A program made the position numbers and the translations under genes. A stretch of 64,000 nt of DNA, taken from Paragordius varius. Lineage: Eukaryota; Animalia; Nematomorpha. The notes under the pieces were generated by a model. That model was not told the DNA's origin, searched no databases, and saw nothing but the letters and a program-made list of their open reading frames with translations. Where the stretch lies: positions 11,346,001 through 11,410,000 of the forward strand of contig OZ176050.1 of assembly GCA_964247055.1 (NCBI GenBank), in the 5' to 3' direction. This document shows, piece by piece, positions 13,289-24,910 of the stretch (its first letter is position 1; each line of letters starts with the position of its first letter).

Positions 13289-13467
13289 CAGTATGCATTT
13301 TAAGGTTGCTTATTTCACACTATTGTTTGCAATTCGCAACACAGTAGTGTATGGAAAAAAAGAAAGGAAAATTTTTTTTTCAACATTCTGTTGTTTTTTT
13401 CCATACACTATCGTATTGCGAATTGCCCAACTATAGTTGAAATCAGAAACCATTAAAATGCATACTG
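13289..13467. mobile_element. Hairpin MITE, family A (179 bp)
   Basis: TA-CAGTATGCATTTTAA ... TTAAAATGCATACTG-TA; palindromic arms; homologous to 41694-41873. Confidence 0.85.
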
Positions 13468-14112
13468 TAAATGTAAAACAAAACCCCCAAATAAACAAAA
13501 TATAATTAAACCAATAAATTAATTTTCATATCTTTTACTTGATGATATTCATTAAGTTTTTAAAATGGATTTTAATTGGTCCAAAATAGGGTAAAGAATT
13601 CAAATGGTTACAAACAGAATTTTAGCAATACACACAACAACCAAAAAGAGAAAAACAAATATGCGCATATGATAAAATTTATCGTTTTTTCATTTTTTTG
13701 CTAATATATTTTTTTGTTCTATATGTATAAATATAAAATCAATTTTGGTTATTGTTGTCACAAATAGTAAATATTTTACATATACGTTATCAAAAAAATT
13801 GTGTTGCGAGTCAATAAAAACTTGAAAAGTAAAAAAATTGTGTTTTGCATCAATTTGTAAAACACAACACAACACTCGTTTTTTAAAAGCGCACAGAGAG
13901 GAGATAAGATGATGGATTTCAAAGCATGCACATGAGATTGCATGATTGTATATATGTTAATTTTTTAACGCAAATTGCTTTTATAAAAATATGTATTTGA
14001 TTAAAAATCAATATGCACAAAATACTAAAAAATTGAAATTTACCTTCAATATGTTTCCTCTAAAATGGAGCTTTACATGTAAAAATGCTTATTTTAAATT
14101 AAATGCCTAATC

Positions 14113-14388
14113 CAGAGGTGCCCAACACAAATAGCTTCGCTAATCACATTTTTAAACCAAAACATGCCCGCGCAGGCCGCACCAAAAAATAAATGGCTAT
14201 TAATTACATTATGTAAAGTAAAACACTAAAAAAACTTAATTTTACGATTGTCGCTAGTTCGATGCCAAAATTTGAAAAGAATTATTCAAAATTGTTTAAA
14301 AAACATCAATTTTACTATGATGAATTTTAAAAAGAGCAATATCTTTGCGTATTATGGACCTTCTCACAAAATAGCGTGGGCAATCCTG
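14113..14388 (+). mobile_element. Charlie-type hAT MITE (276 bp)
   Basis: Ends CAGAGGTGCCCAACAC ... GTGGGCAATCCTG; flanks GCCTAATC and GCCTAATT (7/8 match to an 8-bp TSD); internal GCTAGTTC..TGCCAAAA block shared with the 29866 and 40031 copies. Confidence 0.7.
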
Positions 14389-16044
14389 GCCTAATTGAAA
14401 CTAAGGCTTAAATGATTTTCATATGTACATTTCAAGAGAGGGGGTTTGTTAGGGGAAAATTGTCAAAAAATAAATTGAAATGTTTATAATTTATTTTTAA
14501 AATTCATATAATATTTTTAAATTATATATATATATATGGTAAATTGAATATATATAATATTAAATAAATAGATTGGTAGAAGTTTGTATCTGTTGGTGTT
14601 CTAACATAAAATCATCAAAATAAGAGGCAATAAGAGGCAATAAATTTTTTAAATAAAAGAAGTTATATATTAAAATTTGCAATTTTTTGGACATTCACAT
14701 TTGTTTTATTTATAATAAATAAATGAACATTATAATTAAATAATTTTTTACATTAATAATACTTTATCATTATACAAATGGTAAAAAGTCAAAATTTAAA
14801 ATAAATGATGCCTGCTTGTCACATTATATTTAAAAAATCATTTTCTAAAATAAATGTATGTTTTAATAACAGCACAAAACATAATTTTCTATTGATTTTT
14901 ATATCATATAATTAATTACATAAATAAACTAAAAAACAATTTTGTTAAGCATGAAAAAAAAACTTTTCTAAAAATACAATAAAATGAAATTCACAAAGTT
15001 GTAAGAAAAATAAATTTTTTAAGAGAGTAATAGAGAGAAGATAGTGATTGAGATCTTAGATTGAAAGCAAAAAGTGAGTTTTTAGTTCATACGGTGGGTC
15101 AATCATTTGATGATGAAGTTAACTTGTTGGGTTTGCGACTAATATTTTAGGTTTCCAATAGTATTTTAACTCTAATATTCCATGATTTTGTATTATAGTT
15201 TTGTTTCGTATCAGACAAAACACCAACCACACAAAGAGGTTATAACACTAAAAAGTAGATTTTTTTTCCATAAAGCTACTTAGGTTTTGTTGTGCATACG
15301 CATAATTTATAAATGAGTAAAGGTTGATATAGTATATATCGTGTTGTTTTGAAATAAAAATTGGCAAAAATATTGTAAATAACGTATAGTAGCAGAGAAT
15401 AAACATGCTCACGCTTTTTCAGTGCTAATAATTGTCGAGGTATAATTTTTCGCGACTTCTCTTTTTTCATGTTTTAAGGTAAATACAGATATAACTTAAA
15501 TACGTAATACTTATAATATATTATTATAACTATAACGCAATGATTATCAATTTAAAGAGTTAAATAGTTTTGATACATGGTATATTACCTAAATTGTAAT
15601 AAATTAATTAATTAATTATATAAGTTTAAAATTGTTACAATTAAATTTTCTATAAAGCAAAAAAAACGGTTATAATATAATTGCAAGTTACTGAATAACA
15701 TATACAGAGAAATAAAAACATTCACATAGAGAGAATCCGTTTTTTTTCGTTTGTTCAAAAATAATCAAAAAATAAATATATAATACGTAATTTCAAGTGT
15801 ATATGATGATTGTTTAATAGAAATAAATTAAAATATATGTGCAATAAAAGTAATAACACAATTGATAAACCTGAGAAAAAAACAAGTATAGCGTAACTTC
15901 ATGCAGCGGTGTTTTGAATTCTACTCTATGCGCCTCATTTCAATTAATTCCTTGAATAATTAATCTGTCAGGATTTAAAAATTAGGATTTTTAATATAGG
16001 ATTGCATATTTGATTGTAGGGGGTGGACATTTTATCATAAAACA

Positions 16045-19000
16045 TCAAGATGATGTCCAAATTTCATTAATATCGGGGCTCATTCGTTCCAGAAATTGGA
16101 AATGAGGCGATACACCTGCCCCATTGTTATGTTGAGTGGAAGTAGTATTGCTGGATAGTTTTGGCATTATATTTTGCTGGAAAACACCGCCATAAAAATG
16201 ACCTTGTAAAATGTTGGCTAATATAGTTTTGTTGGGCATATCCTGAGACTCTTCAGTGTCATTAAAGCACGTTGATGAACCCAAAAATTGATCAAATTTG
16301 GCAATAGGAGACGATGTTAGGGTTGAATCACATTCATCGAAATCGTCATTTGCTGAATCTGAAACAAAATTATTACAACTGTTATAAGGCTTGATCTGAT
16401 TATCATCAAAATTTGAACTCCTCTGTGTTACATGATAATCAGTATTGTTGTCAAAGAGCAACTCCTTTACAGTGGAATGATTAGATAAAAATGTATCCAC
16501 CACTTTTTTGTGTAACATTTCATCGCTCTCCAGATGACTGGTCCCGTTGTGAATTATTTTGTGATCATTTGTTGTTTTGTCATTGAGCAGTGATGTAGAT
16601 GTATTGAGTTGTAAAGTTGATTTTGGAGCAGTATGAAAATAAAATTGTTCAATGAGATGTTGTTTGACTGTAGGGAGAACGGTACCCCCAGTTATTTCAG
16701 TACCAAACGTTTGACACTCATTCATTTCATCTTCAAAATCCATATTTTCAATCGATGGCGCACCTTGATCACCCTTGCTTGAAGAAGGATTTGGTTCAGA
16801 AATTATTGATAATTCGTCATGTAACAGGTCAAGATATCTATCTGAATCATTAAAAGTTTTTTTGTACAAAGGGAAATCGGGCGTTTTCCCAAGTATCGTA
16901 TTTTTGAAACTATCGCCGCTTTTGTCGTCAGATGTTACCCCTAGTGAAATGGGAGTACCATCACCCAACCAATCAGTAAAATCTTGAAACAAGGAATCAC
17001 CATTAATATTTAAATAAGAACTTTCCAGACAGCCATTGATAATAGTGGGTGTATCGTCAACAGGACTACACCAAGAAACATTTGTACCATCATACAAAGT
17101 TCCATCTTGATCGAAATTACCAAGAGCCGAACTTTTCAGAGATACTGAATTGTTTGAAAAGGATTCTTCTTCGCTACAATCCACGAATCCACAATCACTA
17201 GCTGCTCTTTCTAAACCACCTAATTTGTTAGGATTCTTGGAATCAAACGTAAAGCTATTAAAAGATGGTGGTGGCAAAACTTTGTTGGCAGATTCGGGAT
17301 AATTTGAAATCACATTGCTATTACCATTCTGAGATTTAGTTGAATCCTTCACCAATGATGAGCACGAGGAAGATTGTGGCTGATAATAATCATTTGACGA
17401 TTTTGACTTAAAGGACCCAAAGTTAAGCCGCGTGGTAAAATCTATATATATGTATATATATATATTTGGGGATAATGAGGTGCAATTATTTATTAATAAG
17501 GGCTCTTAGAAAATGAAACCAAAATGACGGTGGTCAAAATTATATGAAACCAAAACACATCGAAAGGGCCCATTCTTTTATATGGGCAGGTTCTGGTTTT
17601 AAACAAATTTGGCAAGCCCAGTTATATAATAAAATAAAAATGGTCCAAGAACTTAACACGTTATAACAGAATCGTCTGCTTTTCTTTAAAAACGCAATGA
17701 TTTGTACTAAATAAAAATATATGTACCTAATTGATCGTCATGAAACCCGGATGAATTGGTGTCTATGCTATGTTGTGAAGCCGTTTCAGATTTCCAATCA
17801 GGACTGCATATAAGCGCATTGTCATTTATATTGGTCAATTTAGTATCGATATACTTAATATCCTGTAACCGTAATACTTTTTTCTCGCCCGGTTCAGCTT
17901 CACGTGCATGGCTTTGAACCATTTTTTTCTTGAATTCTTGATCAATCTTCAAATGGGTAAAACCATTTTGTTTTAAACCTCCCAACAATTGAAGATTATT
18001 AACAGAATTATTTGATAACGACTTTGCAGAATTGTTAGCCTTTAAAAGGGTATAATTCATGGGCAAAACTACATATTGAACTTGATTTCCGCAGGTATTA
18101 TTATGATTTAATGAAATTTTAGATTGAATCAATGAGTTGGCAGAATTACCCGTTTGTAACAACACAGTTCTATTGCAATTTTTATCGAAAAAATGACTTT
18201 GGTCTACCATTTCGCTGTTGCCCATGCTCAGATTAGTTTTAAAGCTACTTCCATTCGGAAAATGAGTGAATTTTTGATTCATGCCATTCATGACAACGGC
18301 TTTAGTTTTGCACTTTTTGCGTGGGCGATACTTGTAATCAGGATACTCTTGACTGTGTAAAATACGTAACCTTTCAGCCTCCTCTATGTAAGGCCTTTTT
18401 TCTTGTTCCGATAGCATTTTCCATTGGCGGCCCAGGCGTTTACTAATTTCAGCATTGTGCAATTCGGGATCAGTTTCGGATATTTTGCGGCGTTCGATTT
18501 GACTCCAAACCATAAATGCATTCATGGGTCTTTTGATGTGTGATGCCGTCGAGACATTGCTAGACAAAGCCAAGGAAGAATTAGATGGTCCCATCGAAGT
18601 TTTAGAAGGAGATCCAAGGATTCGGTTGTTTTGATAAGCAAAAAAGGTCGCTGATGACTCAGGGGCTTGGACTTTTTGTTGGGCACAAAATGGTATTAAG
18701 TGGTTATTTACGATATTGTTTTTATTACTGTTATAAAAAGCATTGCGCATAAAACCAATGTGGCTATCGAATTTAGATTCATTGTTTATACGCGAACTAA
18801 GTTTAGCTATAGCATCCGTGTATGGGGTAGTTGAGGGAGTATTATAATTAAAACTGATGGCAGTTTTATCAACATTTAGGGTTGGGGACAGATAACTACC
18901 ACTATCATTATTGTTAGAAAATATATTATTGCATTTAATTTGCTGTTCTTCCCTCATATTAATGTCTTTAAAAAGCTCTAATGATGTATGATCTGTGGGA

Positions 19001-19746
19001 TATGAGCAATTTTCAGTTATATCATCATTGTTATGATTAGAAGAGCAAGCATTTGGTTCCCACAATAAATTATGGAATATACCTTTTTTATCATCAGTAC
19101 TTCGTACGATTGCATTCATAGAATCTTGACCACTGGTTTTAGTTATAAGCCTTGGTTGATTAGTGATCATAGATATATTATCGCCAGGGTTCAATATATT
19201 TGATGACTTTGGAGCTAAATGACTATCATTCATAGATGTTGAGGATGTTAATTTTGATGTATTAACTGATAATGTTTCACCAAAATCTAAAGAAAAACTA
19301 TCTTTCACACAGCCATTAACATTAGTTGTTATCGTATCCAAGCGTGTATTAACGTTTAACGTCATTTCATTATTTTTTCCATTAAGGTTGTGATAAAATA
19401 TTGAAGTATCCATAAGATTTACGTTGTCAACCAAATGATCAAGATTTTTATTGTGACCATTACCATCATTAAGTCGTGTGGTTTGTCCTTGCATATGTTG
19501 TTTTTCATGGCTATCTTTACTATTACCATAATTATTAGAAACCACATCTTTCTCATTGTATGTGGTGTGAGTATTAATGCATGGTATATCATTGCTAATA
19601 GAAAATAATGATATATTTTGGTGACAATTTTTTTGATTATTATTTTTATCATAGTTATCGATTTGTGGTGAAGTTGGAATTGAAGGACAAAAAAAGCCAT
19701 ACCTTTCATTAGTGTTTGAGGATATGCAAATGTTTTGATCATTCAT
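16045..19746 (-). CDS. SoxC: SoxC-group HMG-box transcription factor (Sox4/11/12-like), two exons 19746-17727 and 17441-16045, predicted 1138 aa
   Basis: HMG box at 18540-18313 ([76 protein letters not shown]); WSQIERRKI is diagnostic of group C. A phase-1 intron 17726-17442 (GTACAT...ATATAG, 285 nt) joins the two track ORFs in frame. The C-terminal [16 protein letters not shown] resembles the SoxC SHFEFPDYCTPEVSEM activation motif. Confidence 0.92.
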
Positions 19747-21788
19747 AATGAACGGCAGATTGTTGGAAAAAGTTACTGAATTTTAAAACAAGACAAGAGA
19801 GAGATTGTCTTAAAAATTTCAAACATACGCACCTCACGCACACTCACACACTATACTCTGTGGTAGTTTACCATTTTTATTATTGTCAAAGTGTAATTAT
19901 TAATTAAAATAGAGGTAATGCGTGTGTGTAAGCGTGTTTTTGGTAAATTGGAAATAATTGACAATCAAGGTAGATGAAAAAAACAGGTTAGAGTTTACAA
20001 TAATGAGTAATTGAATGGGTTTGATAGATGTGTAAACAAAAAATGAATAATGGTTTGGTTTTTTCCATAGTTTGATAATAAAAAATTTATGGCAATATTT
20101 ATTTGTTAGCTGTGTTTTTGGAGTGATAAGATTACTATTTCAACATCAGTGAAAAGCGTTTAAATATTTATGCATGTTTGTTTAAACTCAAAATTTGGTG
20201 TTTGATTTATTGGATGATAAAATTTGAGATATACTAATGTTTATTCTGTGGTTTGTTGGTAAGAGTATATGAGTGTTTGGATATGTATGTGATAAGAATA
20301 CCATTTTTAAGCTTTATATTTGCATCATAAACAGATGATATTGTGGAAATAAAGGTTGGAAAATTCGTTATTCCAAAACAAAATAGTTAATATTTTTGAG
20401 AATGAGCACGCCTCTTGAATATTATAATTTGTGCAAACGCGAAACGCTTTGATTGAGCAATCTGTAAAAACAAAAAATAATAAGTTTTATGATTAAATAT
20501 AATCTAGCTTTTCTAATAAAATGGTTTAAAAAAAGGTTAGAGACTTAAAATTACCCTAATAATGTCCAACAAAATATTGCGGCGTTAAACTAAAAATATT
20601 TGATACAAAAACATCCAAATTTAAAGAAAAAAAATTATTAAAAATAATATTTTACCAATTATGTTTGCACTTAATGATGCATAACCGATGATTTAGGAAT
20701 ATTATATAAGGATAAACATAAGAATAAATATTGGAATAATTTAAAAAAAGTGATACTTTAAAAAACTGTGTCGTGTTTAAAGTATTTTAAAGAAATTTAT
20801 AATTTCAGTAATATTTAAAAAATATAGCGATTATTACTAACATCGAAGAGTTACAAGTTCTTCTGCAAAAAATCGTACAAATGAAGTTTATGTCGTATAT
20901 TTATACTTTTATTTTCCTTGCTTTTTTTCTTTTATTTTTCCTTTTTTGTAATGTAATGTGTGTGTGTGTACATATAAAATAACAAGCAAACTCTTTATAT
21001 ATACTAAATCTCATTTATACAATGCAAAAAAACGCAAAAGACACGCAAACATATACATAGTATAGTAGTATAAAAGCTTGATGATGTTAAAATATAAAGA
21101 AAAAAAAAGAAAAGTATAGTATATGGAAAATTTCTGTATACAGATGCATTAAACATTGCAAAACAGAAAATTGTTTATCTTTTGCTTTGATACAACAAAT
21201 TTTTTTAGAGAAAAGATACAGTGTGTCGCAATACAAAAATTTAGATGTTTTTTTTGGAGGTGTGGCTGACTGTGACTGCCTAATTATTACAAAATTTTGA
21301 AAAGAGGGATAGATATTTTAGCGATCGAAAAAAATTCATAAGATTTAAATATTGGTAAACACTTTATATAATCATTTCATATCCCTCTATCTCTATTGTG
21401 TTGATTACTACAATATAAAAAAATTAATTAAATATAGACACGTCATAAAAAATTTTGCTATTAGCATTAAAGTACAATCGATTAATTACATGATAGCTAA
21501 AGGGTAATGTAATTTACCCAACAGAAATGTACAATCATATATTATTATTATTCAAGCTCCCTCCCCTCCTACTTTGTAAAATGTTGTTAAAGCTTTTATA
21601 TTAATTGAATTTTTGTGCCTTGTAATTTATAATATTGGAGCGTACCTTTTCGCTGTGACAATATTAATACAATTAATGGCTTGGTGTTTTAACACGGTAT
21701 ACATAATATTGCAAAGAGAAAATAATGGTGATTGGAGTTGACTAAGTTTAAAATATTTATATTTACTTTTAAACCCTTTTGTTATATA

Positions 21789-22003
21789 CAGTCATGTCTC
21801 CTTTACTTTACAAATTTTTTTTTTCGTTAATGGGTATAAATATTTGGTAAAGAATGGAAAAACAAGAGCTCTATGGTAATTCTTATACTTTTTTTGATGA
21901 ATATGATATTGTTGAGACCATAGATCTCCTGTTTTTCCATTCTTTACCAAATATTTATACCCATTAACGAAAAAAATAAATTTTTATAAAGAATACATGA
22001 CCG
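21789..22003. mobile_element. Hairpin MITE (215 bp, Tc1/mariner-type)
   Basis: TA-CAGTCATGT ... ACATGACCG-TA, with a near-perfect inner stem: CGTTAATGGGTATAAATATTTGGTAAAGAATGGAAAAAC and its reverse complement. Confidence 0.8.
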
Positions 22004-22433
22004 TAAATACCTATCCAGCCTACCACAAACTACCTCTATAAATCAAAGACAACAACAGCAGATTGAAAAGATTTATATTACAGTATGTAACTTATAATGT
22101 CCAATTTAGTATGCACAATACAACAATAGATCTCACAAAAAGTAAATATATGGTAAGAATTTGCAAAATAATGTTTAATTTTTCAACTTATATAGAGATG
22201 GTAGATAGATAGATTTTTTTGACATATTATTAAGGGGAGAGGGAGGGGGGATAAAGGATGCTAGAGTAAAAGGATACTTATTAAAGGCTTAATAGAGCTT
22301 AAACAGACACCTGCCTCATAAAAATAAAAAATCTATAAATATACATTACAAATATACACTAAATGAATATTATTACTCATCAAGGTATTATCTTAATTAT
22401 ATAGTATTCATATATAGGTAAGCTTAAAATTTT

Positions 22434-22436
<3 letters not shown>

Positions 22437-22469
<33 letters not shown>
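22437..22469. repeat. (TA)n microsatellite
   Basis: Uninterrupted AT/TA run. Confidence 0.9.
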
Positions 22470-22473
<4 letters not shown>

Positions 22474-22686
22474 CAAAGATAAGGTATTATGTTTATTTAA
22501 ATAAAATTCGAGAAAAACGAATTTTTACAAAAAAGATACCCATCATATGTTAAAATAAAAATTAATAGTTTACATAATATTGATTATTATCAATATTTTC
22601 AACATTTATGGAGGTGTCCTTTCAACACAGCTGTAACAATATTACATTTTAGTAAACGGGATTTAATCAAATTTAAGTTTGATGTT

Positions 22687-22689
<3 letters not shown>

Positions 22690-22730
<41 letters not shown>
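22690..22730. repeat. (TA)20 microsatellite
   Basis: Uninterrupted TA run of ~40 nt. Confidence 0.9.
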
Positions 22731-22733
<3 letters not shown>

Positions 22734-24794
22734 GTGATATCTAGCTGTGAGAAAATTATCTAGCCACTCAAAATTTAGAATACAGTTTGAATCAATCAAT
22801 ATTAGTGTTTGCCTTTATATATATCAAAAAAATGGTATATATGTTTTTTATAAAGATTATTAACATGCCATTTTATAGAAAAAATAAAAATATATATAAA
22901 TATAAGATAAAAAAAGTTCAAATTGCATATTTTATGATAAACGGTTTATATTATATTATCAGTGAATGGAATTTTCTAAACTGTTAGTTTAAAACCCATT
23001 ATATAAACATACAAGTAATTTATTCTTATTGATTCTAAATTACATTTTTTGAATTCAATTGTATAGAAAAAAAAACTATAAACTATGGTCTGTTTTTTAT
23101 ATTAATTTATTGATTAATTTGTATAAATTATGTTCTACAACATGAATATATATCTATATGTTTAGCGAAACATTGTATCATTATCCGCTTTTAATATACA
23201 CACGTAATAAGCATTAAAACACAATTCTCACTAAAAAAATTCATGTATGATTCTTTAGAACATAGTTAGCATTTGGTGTTTCTAAAGCTTACTAAGATAA
23301 AAAATGCGTCAACACTATTAAACTGGGCCCGAAATAAACCTCATTGTTTTTAGAATGAGCGCTCCGGACTCGGCAGATTTTTTCGGAAAATTACATCAAA
23401 TTTTTTTCTTTCTCTTTCAATAATGAGATCATAAATCGTTTTTCATAAAATACTATTTAAATGTTATAAGGCTAATAGCTTTGATTATAAAAATGTTTTG
23501 GATAACTGTATGTGTGCCAAGAATCGAGTGTTGCAATATATTTTTAATGTAAGCGCATTTACAATATCGTATGGTACATAGAAAGTTTGTCCATTCTAAA
23601 ATATATAAAATTAATATAAAACATAAACCAAAAATGTTTAATTTTAACCATTTGTTGCTTTTTACCATACGTTACTGTTTATCAATAACAAAAAAATTTA
23701 ATACATATAATTTTTAAATAAAAATATTTAAAATCCACTTAACGTCAATGCTGCTGATGCTAAACAAAGTAAAACGCTATTTCATTTTTATTCTCATGAA
23801 TTTCAGATAATGTTGACTTCTGTTATAAAAATAACTTATTAACCATACTGCTTTAAAATAGAAGCTATAAGATTTACTGGATCCTAACTAATTAAAAAAT
23901 AAAGTGGGTAAAAGTAAAAAATTTAACCAATTTTCCAATATATGATTAAAACTATTTCAAAAAATAACCTTACAATCAATAAATATAATAATTTATGTAG
24001 TCTCATAGCACACAATCCAAATAAACAATATTTTTATAGTTAATAATTTATGGACTTTCTTCATTCAGTGTTGATTATGAAGGATTAAGAAAGAATAACT
24101 TTTATGGCAAAGATGTGTTGTGCAACACAAAAATAATTAAAAAAATGATAATTAATTACTCAAAAAATAAATCTGGCAATGGATAGTTTTGAGTGAATCC
24201 AATTAACTTATCGAATTGTTTCCATCATCCATAAGTATAAAATAAATTGGTTGGCTGACCTTCGAACAAACTTAAACAATTATTTATTAAGACTATTAAT
24301 TTAATTAGATTTATATTATGATTTTCATATAGAAATGGAGAGGATATATTGTTGATTTCTTACAATCAGATGGTAACTTTAACGGCATACTTAAAATAAT
24401 GTGACCAAACTTAACTGGTTAGTTTTAATCCTTTTAATTTATCGTTAATTCAAAATAAAGATGTATCACAAATTCAACAATGGATATAAAAACGGTTAAA
24501 ATTCAGATTTAGAGGATATTATATTCATCTAGAAATTACAAACAATAAAAATGAGAACCGATATGACGGTCACGAGACGATAATCGATTAATTTACTAAA
24601 CGAAACAATATAAATTAAACCTAATAAAATGTGTTTTGTTATTATAGTTTAATAAATTTTTAAACAATGATAAACATGACTGGTTATTTTCAAAAGAAGC
24701 ATTTACAACACGGTGATGAATGCATTAACCACGGTGAGATATAATTCACATTGCTAGAATAACATTGCATCAACTCAAACATTTGCAAATATCT

Positions 24795-24910
24795 ATAGGG
24801 CACATTTTAACTAGTACACCTCTTTAAAAGATTTGATTTTCGGGAAAGTTGAAGGGAAAAAGAAAAACTGGTTAAGGTGGTTGGATGGTATAAAGAAGGA
24901 GTTTGGTAGA
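24795..24910 (+). mobile_element. RTE-clade LINE 3' fragment
   Basis: Frameshifted translation GHI...KDLIFGKVEGKKKNWLRWLDGIKKE matches the RTE/BovB ORF C-terminal motif (GH...LMLGKIEGRRRRGR..MRWLDGI). Confidence 0.6.

Noticed and set aside
16775-16987. Plus-strand ORF inside SoxC exon 2
   Set aside because: Antisense shadow of the real coding sequence.
19419-19742. 107-aa alternative-frame ORF overlapping the SoxC start
   Set aside because: Ile/Met/Lys-rich composition is what a shifted frame of Asn-rich codons produces; no independent support.
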